10,578 nucleotides of DNA, taken from assembly GCA_054661495.1 (NCBI GenBank), contig BAAFSQ010000319.1, forward strand, positions 1-10,578, given 5' to 3'. Positions within the stretch are counted from its first letter, which is position 1. Each line of letters begins with the position of its first letter. The DNA comes from Zygophlyctis sp. KS116. Lineage: Eukaryota; Fungi; Chytridiomycota. The position numbers and the translations under genes are program-made. This document shows positions 1-7,780 of this stretch, one piece after another. Below the pieces are notes generated by a model that had not been told where the DNA came from, did no database searches, and saw only the letters and a list, made by a program, of their open reading frames with translations.

Positions 1-50
1 CCCCCACTGTCGCCCCCACTGACACACTGACACAGATCTCGGGCGTTAAA

Positions 51-588
51 ATGAAAAATTCACTGGAAATCGAATTGTCAAGTATCCAACACGAGACAAA
101 TCCAGAATTTCAACGTCTATTAAATATTATTACTCTAGAAAGAGATGAATCTATTGCAAGTGCTGAATATTTTAGAAATTATTCTCTTGATATATCCCTA
201 AAATTATTTGAAATGGAATTAAAAAATCTATATTCTGAAATTACTACTGAAAAAGAATCTCTAAAAGATAAAATGTTGATAGGACTAGAAGAAAAGAAGA
301 GACTATTGGAATTTGAATTGAATTCTTTTGAATTTAATAATGGTAATTTCTCTATTCTAAGAAATTCTAGATCCACAAAATTTAAACTATAGACTTCCAA
401 ATAGAAAAGTTCGAGGCTCATCTCTCTCAAATCAAAAACCTGTAGATGAAAAGATTTTGGGAAGAAAAAGAAAAAATCAAAATATTCCAAATGTTAATCT
501 TTTACTAAAAGAACATGAAATTTATGATGATATTTCATATTTTAGAAGGATGGGGATTTCAGGAAAAAGAGTACCATCTCGAAAATAA
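51..588 (+). CDS. Sds3/BRMS1-like subunit of Sin3-Rpd3 HDAC complex (169 aa; exons 51-342, 371-588; may be 5'-incomplete)
   Basis: Helical LEIELSSIQHETNPEF...LERD...EKKRLLE segment resembles the Sds3 domain. Removing GT-AG intron 343-370 (28 nt) opens a frame ending in LLLKEHEIYDDI (Sds3-type C-terminal motif) and TAA at 586-588. Confidence 0.72.
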
Positions 589-670
589 AATAATCTTGTA
601 TACTTTAACCTTTATAAAAGTCCTAAAATCAAATCTAATCCCCTAAAATTAACGTTTTACAAAATATAAA

Positions 671-1891
671 ATGTCTAATAATTACTTTTTATTGTCTGTG
701 CCTGCTAATCATCCTCCAGACGCATCAGTTTTAAAAATTATAGAGTCTTGGCCTTTTTCTCTTCCTGAATTTAAAGTTGGGACGCTAGACTCTCTAATGA
801 TTTTATCAGATGAACTCTTAAAACATGATGCACTTGTAGAGTCTATTGTATTTAGAGTCGCAGAGTCTTTGAAATCTCTCTTGAATAATGAAAATGATGT
901 TTTTTCTAATTTAGTAGTGGGAGATAAATCAGTCGCTGCGTATTTAAAATCATTTGCTTGGTCTTCAATGAAGTACAGGGCTGATAAACCATTGACTGAA
1001 TTAGTATCTACAATACTCACTGAAATAAATAATATGGACTCTTTGCTTAAAAATAAAAGTAGTGCATATGCTCAAGCAAAAGGGAATTTAAATGCGATTC
1101 AAAGAAAGAATATGTATTTTTGAAAATTTAATTCTAGGGGGAACTTGTCTGTCAAGAGTTTAAGTGATATTGTTAAAAAGGAATTTTTTGTTTTGGATTC
1201 TGAATATTTAACTACGCTATTAGTAGCAGTTCCAAAGTAATTTAATTTCGGATCTAAAAAAATAGGCAATTAATTCAAGATTGGTTAAATACTTTTGAAA
1301 CTTTGACACAAATGGTGGTTCCAAGATCATCAGAGTAATTAAAAAAGTTTTAAATTTTTTTAGAAAATTAGCACAAGATGATGAATATTCACTCTATAAT
1401 GTGACATTGTTTACTAGAGTTGTGGAAGAATTCACAAACAAGGCTAGAGAAAAGAGATTTGTGGTTCGTGATTTTAAATGGAATGCAGATGACTTGTTAA
1501 ATGAGAAAAAGGCGGCTCAATTAGCAATTCAAACTGAAAGAGAACAGTGGACTACACTAGTAAGAATATCTAAAGCAAATTTTGGAGAATTATATAGTTG
1601 TTGGATGCATATAAAATGTATTAGAATTTTTGTGGAATCTATTCTCAGATATGGATTACCTCCATCTTTCAAGCCTTTTGTAATCAAGGTAATTTACATT
1701 TTTTTAAAATCAAGACTTTGCCAAAACAAGAGAGCAAGCTTTTAAATGTATTGAACACTTCTTACAGTTACTTGGAAGGTAGGCAAGCTTCAAAAGATTC
1801 TTCTCCTATTGAAGATACTTTGACTCATTTGATTGAAAAAGACTATTGCTCGGTTGTTTTATTTCCAATGCCTACACTACGTAAAGAGTAA
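671..1891 (+). CDS. VMA5: V-type H+-ATPase V1 subunit C (370 aa; introns 1114-1137, 1237-1265, 1335-1363, 1689-1714)
   Basis: Motifs [67 protein letters not shown]. Four GT-AG introns of 24-29 nt restore a continuous frame. Confidence 0.96.
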
Positions 1892-1945
1892 TAAAGACAT
1901 TTAAAAAGTTTGAAAGCGTCCGAACGGAGAAATAAACCATCCGAA

Positions 1946-2371
1946 ATGCCTCCTGAAAGAGACAAGAGATCAAAGACCCCAAAAGATCCCAAATCTTCAA
2001 AATCCGGAATCTTTATTTACAAGGACGGATCAATTTACGATGGAGAATACAAGGAAGACGGAGGAGTAGTTAAACATGGTCTTGGAAAATATTCAGATTT
2101 CAATTCCAAATCTATTTATTATGGAAATTGGGAAAAAGACAAGATGAATGGAAAAGGAAAACTTCAATTCCAATCTGGAGCATATTATGAAGGGAATTGG
2201 GTTAATAATACTTTTCAAGGTTTTGGAACATTTGTATGGCCAGACTCTTCATCTCTCTCTGGAGAATGGGAAAACAATTCCCTCTCTGGTCCTATTAAAT
2301 ACATTTATCAAGATATTCCATGGATCGGCCAATTTAACAAGAATTGTGTACTATCTCCAGAAATGAATTAA
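1946..2371 (+). CDS. MORN-repeat protein (MORN2-like, 141 aa)
   Basis: Repeated YxGxW/Y...GxG units (YDGEY..HGLG, YYGNWEKDKMNGKG, YEGNWVNNTFQGFG, LSGEWENN). First ATG is at 1946; the ORF-track start at 1910 is TTG. Confidence 0.88.
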   Translation: MPPERDKRSKTPKDPKSSKSGIFIYKDGSIYDGEYKEDGGVVKHGLGKYSDFNSKSIYYGNWEKDKMNGKGKLQFQSGAYYEGNWVNNTFQGFGTFVWPDSSSLSGEWENNSLSGPIKYIYQDIPWIGQFNKNCVLSPEMN

Positions 2372-2979
2372 AGCCCAGGAATAAATGGAAAATCATAAAG
2401 AATCATTTCCCCCATTGAAGTTTTCCCCAAATCTTTTGTAGAGTTTATAGAATCATTAGAATTAGATTCTACTTCTTCATTTTGAGATTCCAAGTCTTTT
2501 AAAGTCTCTAGATCTCTTAATAATTCCCTTGTCTCTTGATGATCTCTTAATTTTTCATAGAGAGAATGTAGAGTGTATTCATACACAATTCTAGAGTCTT
2601 GAGAGACTGCAACAATGACTGATGCCTCTTTTAGAAATTCCAAGAGTATTGGTTCATGTAAAGATTCCTGTATTAATTTAGAATACATTGATAATTCCAA
2701 TTTTGGAGGGAATTGAGATCCTGAAGCTTTATAAAATCCATAAATAAAGTATGATGAATTTGGTTCTAGTAGAGAAATAGAATATAATCCATAAACCAAT
2801 TCTCTTCTATATTCTATATTTAACAGAGTTATAGACCCAAAGTCTAGAGAGGCCCAGATTTGACTAAATTTCCCTAAATTCCTCTCTCCAGTCTTGAATT
2901 TCTTTGAGAATTCAGAATTGAGTTTGTTAAAGTCTTGTTTTAGAGAAGTTGTAGATATTCTTGTATTTCCCACCAACAT
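2368..2979 (-). CDS. SNAPC1 (SNAP43)-like snRNA-activating complex subunit, 203 aa
   Basis: Uninterrupted ORF. LKQDFNKLNSEF...KFSQIWASLDFGSI and YFIYGFY...PPKLEL match the SNAPC1 N-terminal pattern (D..L..F...F...W...F..I; LYLLYGLY..Q...KI) as recalled from memory. Confidence 0.6.
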   Translation of the reverse strand: MLVGNTRISTTSLKQDFNKLNSEFSKKFKTGERNLGKFSQIWASLDFGSITLLNIEYRRELVYGLYSISLLEPNSSYFIYGFYKASGSQFPPKLELSMYSKLIQESLHEPILLEFLKEASVIVAVSQDSRIVYEYTLHSLYEKLRDHQETRELLRDLETLKDLESQNEEVESNSNDSINSTKDLGKTSMGEMILYDFPFIPGL

Positions 2980-2984
2980 TCTAA

Positions 2985-4747
2985 ATGTATTTTATAAGTT
3001 TAGAAAATTCTATTATAACTCTCTCTACAGAGTCTTATTCTCTCAAAATACCTCTTACAGTAAATACTATCCCTGTAAAAAGTAAAAGTATTTATGGAAT
3101 ATTGGGACTCTTGTCTCTAAATAATGGAGATTATCTACTAGTAGTAAGTAGAGCTAGTTTTATTGGAAAAAGTATTTACAAGGTGGAAAAAGTAGATTTT
3201 ATTCCTTTAAATCAAATTACCTTTAATAGACAAGTGGACAAACTCTTGGAAATTTTAAATTTAGAAAACTTGTATTTTTCTTATTCTCAAGATCTTACAA
3301 ATTCTTTAAATAGAATTAAAGCTTTAGAAAAAGTAAATGATAAATTCTTTTTCAACAAGTACATGTATGATAAGGGAATAGAAATACTGGGAAAGGAATT
3401 GAAGGATTTCTCATTAATTACTATACAGGGATTTGCTCAATCGTTCAAGACTAGGGTTAGAGGCAGGAATTTAGAGGTTTTGCTTTTAGGGCGTAGATGT
3501 AAAGATCGAATTGGTCCACGATATCACTCTAGAGGAATAGATGAAAATGGAAATGTGTCTAATTTTGTAGAAACAGAACAATTGTTGATTACGGATAATT
3601 TTGAAGAAATTTCTCTAGTTCAACTTCGAGGTTCTTTACCCTTTTATTGGCGTCAGTCTATAAATTTAAAGTATACTCCGATTAGAGAAATTGATTCACA
3701 TTTGGATTCGTTAGGGGCTTTTACTAATCATATGTCACAATTAATTTCTACTTATGGACAAACGCTGATTATAAATTTAATTAATAAGAATGGGTATGAA
3801 GGGCCTTTAGGAGATGAATTCTTAAAATATGTGCAATTAATGGATGATTCAAGAATACGTTATGTACATTTTGATTTTCACAAGGAATGTTCTAAAATGA
3901 GATGGGATAGGATATCTCTTTTAATGGATGATTTAGCTCTAGATTTAAGTCAACAAGGATTTTGTAGAGTTGATGGGAATGGAAATGTTTTAAGAATACA
4001 GTCTTCTGTAAATCGTGTAAATTGTATGGATTGCCTAGATAGGACTAATGTGGTTCAATATGAAATTGCAAAATTGTCTCTAGAATCACAGTTGATAGAA
4101 TTGGGGATTTTACAATCTGGAGAAAAATTGCAAACGTTTTCAGAGTTTGACTTTTCCTTAAAGAATTGTACTTTTTTTTTAATTTTTTTTAAAAAAAAGT
4201 ATGGGCAGATCATGCAGATATTATAAGTCTTCATTATTCTGGAACAGTGGCTTTAAAAACAGATTTTACAAGGACTGGAAAAAGGACTTTTTTGGGAATG
4301 ATTTCAGATTTAAAGAATTCTGGATTACGATATTTTAAAAATAATTTTTCAGATGGATACAAACAAGATGCTTATGATGTACTTTTAGGAGTCTCAACCT
4401 TGGAAACTAAATTACCTGATTTTAATGAAAAAATACCAAAACAGTTACTTTTTGTAAGATTTAATCAAAATTACTGAAAGGCTCTTGGGATTATTGGATA
4501 CTGCATATCTGCAATTCTGCTATTATTTTTTGGCAATAGTAAGTTTATTATATTTTAAAACCTTGTATCATTTACATTCTTTTACTTTGGAATTGTATTA
4601 CATATATTTATACTGTATTATACCATCAAGTGGGTTCTTGATAATGGTGTAATTTTGGTGAATTACCCTTCCTCTAAAAAGCTTGAAAAGAGAGAAGGAG
4701 CTTCATCCTCTGAATTTATTCAGCTTAAAATCCTAAAGGACTTGTAA
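2985..4747 (+). CDS. SAC1: Sac1 phosphoinositide phosphatase with two C-terminal TM helices (558 aa; introns 4168-4199, 4454-4480, 4539-4565 [GT-TG])
   Basis: [35 protein letters not shown], catalytic [15 protein letters not shown] (CX5R), spliced [29 protein letters not shown], two hydrophobic segments, then NGVILVNYP. Confidence 0.95.
4539..4565 (+). other. Putative non-canonical GT-TG intron (27 nt) in SAC1
   Basis: Perfect GTAAGT donor, in-frame TAA at 4556-4558, and no usable acceptor AG until 4629-4630 (which would frameshift). An in-frame 27-nt excision ends at ...ttttaaaaccTTG. Confidence 0.6.
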
Positions 4748-4757
4748 AACTAGAGTC

Positions 4758-5349
4758 CTAGTATGCCAGAATAGAATCCAAAACAATTGAAAAATCCCCA
4801 TTTTGCAAATCAAAATAACTAGCACACATTACACTCAATGAAATTATTTTTCTTGGATCAAATTTTGGAGCATTTGGTACATTTCTTCCACGATATGTCG
4901 CAATAAAATCCTCCCAAGTTGTATATAATGTAGTTGATTGTAATTGCGATTGAAAAGAAAATCTATACTCTATATCTATGCCAGTTAATTTGAAATTTAG
5001 AGAATATTTCTTCCCGTCTGCCGAATCTAAATTGATGATTAATCCCTTGTACATTGACAGATCCGATGGGACGTTATTAGTTTTCTGCGATGCAAACCCC
5101 GCCCCACCTAGAGTCAATGTATCCAAATGCCCATAAAACTTTACAAATGTATTATGCTCTTTTAGATTACTTGTTGACGAGCCTCCCCTGACTTGATCAT
5201 TTACCGGAAACCAGTCTTTAATCTTCCAACCGTTTTCCTTTCCAAATAATTCCAATGTATTCTTTTGCTTTAGACATGGTTATTACCATTAGGGTAGTTT
5301 GAAACATTCCATACACTGCTCCAAAAAGAATAATACTAAAGATCTGCAT
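4758..5349 (-). CDS. CIA30/NDUFAF1-domain protein with hydrophobic N-terminal leader (188 aa; exons 5349-5287, 5261-4758)
   Basis: W..VNDQVRGGSS, FYGHLD..LGGAGFAS, ADGKKY, W.DF..TYRGR motifs. A 25-nt GT-AG intron (5286-5262) joins ATG 5349 (MQIFSIILFGAVYGMFQTTLM) in frame. Confidence 0.88.
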
Positions 5350-5486
5350 TAATAAGGCTTGTTTGGGGCAAGGTAGAGTTGAAAATCCTTTTTCAATTTT
5401 TCAATTTTTCAGTTAATTTTTCTTTATTTTCTAAAGAATTTAGATTTACTCTTAACCCTATCTGATCTGTAATTGTTAATTAAAAA

Positions 5487-6292
5487 ATGATTTTCACTGC
5501 TTCTGTTGCTCTTCTTTGCGCCATGTCTTCTGTGTATGCTCAATCTGCTGATTGCTCTACCACTTCTTCTGATATAGCAGCCTGTGATGGAACTAATGTC
5601 TTGACTGTTTACTATACTGAGCCAGCTGTAGGTGCAGGTGCTGTATGCACTGATCCCACCACTGTTGAGGTTCCTTGTGGTGATTGTTCTGCTACTTCTT
5701 CTACTGTTGGAACTTGTGATGGAACCAGTATTACTACTACATTCTTTACTACTGAAGCTTATAATGGAGGAATCACTTGCTCTGATGCTACTGAATCTTC
5801 TGCAGATTGTACTACTGAAGAGACTTCTACTACTGAAGAGACTACTACCACTGAAGAGACTACTACCACTGAAGAGACTACTACCACTGAAGAGACTACT
5901 ACCACTGAAGAGACAACCACTGAGGCTACTACTACTACTGAGGCTGAAACTACCGAAGAAACTACTACTACCTCTGTTGTTTCCACTTCTGATGTTGCTA
6001 CTACTACTGAAACCGGAACTGCTTCTGATGGATCCAGTCACACACCCTGTTCTCATGGTCATTGTCACTCTACCTCTACTGTCTACAGTACCGTATGCAC
6101 TGACAACAAGATTACTACAGTCTATACTTATGTTTACTATATGACTGGAACCTCTACTTCTCGTAATTTTTATTTTTATATTAATATTTAGAATCATATG
6201 TTGGGTATGAAACTATTGATCTCATCTCTTCTGGTATGTTAATCTCTTCTGGATGGACTTTACTAGGTTCTTTGATGGCTTTATTATTTTAA
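5487..6292 (+). CDS. Secreted, predicted GPI-anchored Cys/Thr/Glu-rich cell-surface protein (258 aa; intron 6163-6191)
   Basis: Signal peptide MIFTASVALLCAMSSVYA, two C-x9-C-x20-C-x9-C modules, TTTEET stalk, His/Cys patch. The spliced last exon encodes IDLISSGMLISSGWTLLGSLMALLF* (GPI-signal-like). Confidence 0.85.
5811..5925 (+). repeat. Coding 18-nt tandem repeat (actaccactgaagagact, about 6 copies) encoding a TTTEET mucin-like stalk
   Basis: Visible near-perfect tandem copies that degenerate at both ends. Confidence 0.95.
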
Positions 6293-6449
6293 ATGATATT
6301 AAAATGCTATATTATTACTACTAAATTACTACTAAATTGCGTATTTGAGATATTTTAAAGTCTGTGGTTGAGGCTAAAGGATAGTGGAGGGCTGTTTAAA
6401 CTTGGATTAAAGCATCAATTTAACTGAAAACTTTATTTTTCCAAACTAA

Positions 6450-6493
6450 AATTTGACTGTTAAGGATCTGGAATTTAACTGTAAAGGATGTGG
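6450..6493. repeat. 22-nt tandem direct repeat in intergenic region
   Basis: AATTTGACTGTTAAGGATCTGG followed by AATTTAACTGTAAAGGATGTGG (19/22 identical); partial copy AATTTAACTG at 6417-6426. Confidence 0.7.
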
Positions 6494-6585
6494 CTTTGGA
6501 GGTTAAAGGAGCTCTGTAGGGTTGCAGATAATCTTTTAAAAACAAAAAAAAAGTATGAAAATGATCAATGTTAACAATTTAGGAA

Positions 6586-7094
6586 ATGTTCAACTTTATT
6601 GCTGCTGTTGCTATTTTTAATGCTGTTTCTGTTATGGGATGGTGTACCTATGATGGTAAATTGACCACTGCTGCTGATCAAACCTGCACTGAGCCTGGAT
6701 ACATGACTGTCTATGAAGCCCTAGTAACTGGAGACAATATCTATTGCCCTACTACATCCAAGACAACTGTCTCTTGTGAATGCACTGCCATGCCAACTGT
6801 CTCTGAAGTTACTACTGAAGTTGCCCCAATGTCTGCTGAAGAGCCATGCACTACTGATGTTGTGACTAAAGTTGTTGACTGCAAGGACTGCCACAAGGAA
6901 GAACATCACGAACAGCACGGTCATCATGGACAGCAGAAACAGCACGAGTGTGTTGATGGAAACTGTGAACAACATTATACTCAAACTCAAGTTGGTAAGT
7001 CTTAAATAATTTATGTATAGGTCCTATTGATTTGGTATCCTCTGCTATCGGAGCCTCACCTATTCTTGCTATTGTTGCTTTATTATTCTTTTAA
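6586..7094 (+). CDS. Secreted, predicted GPI-anchored Cys/His-rich surface protein, probable paralog of 5487-6292 (160 aa; intron 6995-7020)
   Basis: Signal peptide MFNFIAAVAIFNAVSVMG, C-x13-C-x19-C-x9-C module, His-rich tract. The spliced last exon encodes GPIDLVSSAIGASPILAIVALLFF*. Confidence 0.85.
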
Positions 7095-7183
7095 ACTAAA
7101 ATTAGAATAAATTTTTAGTACTAATGATTTTTTTCCATTTCAGATTTGAGATTTAGTGTCCAGGCCAAGGATAGAGAAAAATA

Positions 7184-7514
7184 ATGTCTGGTTTGTTTCT
7201 GCTCAATCCAAAGCCATTTCTAGAGGAAATGACTGGAAAGCCAATCATGTGTAAACTAAAATGGGGAATGGAATACAAGGGATACTTGGTATCAGTTGAT
7301 TCATATATGAATCTGCAGGTATTTTGATGATGGTCATTTTATAGTTGGCAAACACTGAAGAATTCATTGATGGGGCTTCGACTGGAGTTTTGGGAGAGGT
7401 GTTGATCAGGTAATTACTTTTAAGCTAAGTTTAGATGCAATAATGTTCTTTACGTAAGTTTTTATTATTTAATTAGAGATCCGGCAGATAGAAACAGAAT
7501 CTATGGAAGAATAG
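7184..7514 (+). CDS. SMX3: Small nuclear ribonucleoprotein F (SmF), 84 aa; introns 7319-7344, 7410-7434, 7454-7478
   Basis: Spliced product [84 protein letters not shown] has classic SmF Sm1/Sm2 motifs. Absent from the ORF track. Confidence 0.96.
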
Positions 7515-7758
7515 ACTCTAGATTCCTTTTTATAATAGCAGATTGTTGTTTCATCAAATCTTTTATCATTAATTGAAATTTTGTTACCAGCATTGAAGAG
7601 TCTGAGAGCAGTCTCCACGTCCGCTTCCAACTCTGCTGCATCTATTATTAGAGATTATGTATACTTTTTTCTTTATTGATAGAACAGTCTATAGAGACGG
7701 GTATTACGCCGTTATTCTCAATGAAACAAGTCATGAATAAACTTGATAAACCCGACAT
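7501..7758 (-). CDS. Small three-exon protein, 68 aa, tentatively Mediator MED28-like (exons 7758-7665, 7641-7588, 7559-7501)
   Basis: ATG in A-rich context and two GT-AG introns of 23 and 28 nt with YTAA motifs give [68 protein letters not shown]. It fills an otherwise unexplained gap. Confidence 0.55.
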
Positions 7759-7780
7759 TTTTATTTTTTTTTAATTCTTC

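Noticed and set aside
343-361. 19-nt alternative for the Sds3-like intron (AG at 360-361)
   Set aside because: Also in frame, but shorter than every other intron and overlapping the probable CTAA branch motif. The 28-nt form is preferred but not proven.
179-1020. Minus-strand ORFs 179-490 and 709-1020
   Set aside because: Antisense shadows of the Sds3-like and VMA5 genes with no recognisable motifs.
1910-1945. TTG start for the MORN protein, and similar GTG/TTG starts at 1401, 4247, 5255 and 8552
   Set aside because: Prokaryote-style ORF calls. These positions are internal to spliced eukaryotic genes or upstream of a proper ATG.
2148-3085. Short ORFs 2148-2366 and 2894-3085
   Set aside because: Alternative-frame overlaps of better-supported genes.
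4556-4558. Stop-codon reassignment or readthrough to explain the in-frame TAA in SAC1
   Set aside because: TAA and TAG terminate the other genes here, no other exon contains them, and a perfect GTAAGT donor precedes the site.
5811-5925. CRISPR-like array
   Set aside because: No spacers; it is an in-frame coding minisatellite in a eukaryotic gene.
5424-6197. Long overlapping ORFs 5424-6197(-), 5632-6144(+), 5759-5986(-)
   Set aside because: By-products of the 18-nt repeat and NCT-biased codons of the surface protein.
6721-6990. Minus-strand hydrophobic 89-aa ORF
   Set aside because: Antisense of the His/Glu-rich coding region.
7184-7758. SmF and the convergent 68-aa gene both begin MSGL
   Set aside because: Only four codons with different synonymous bases and no wider inverted repeat; likely coincidence.
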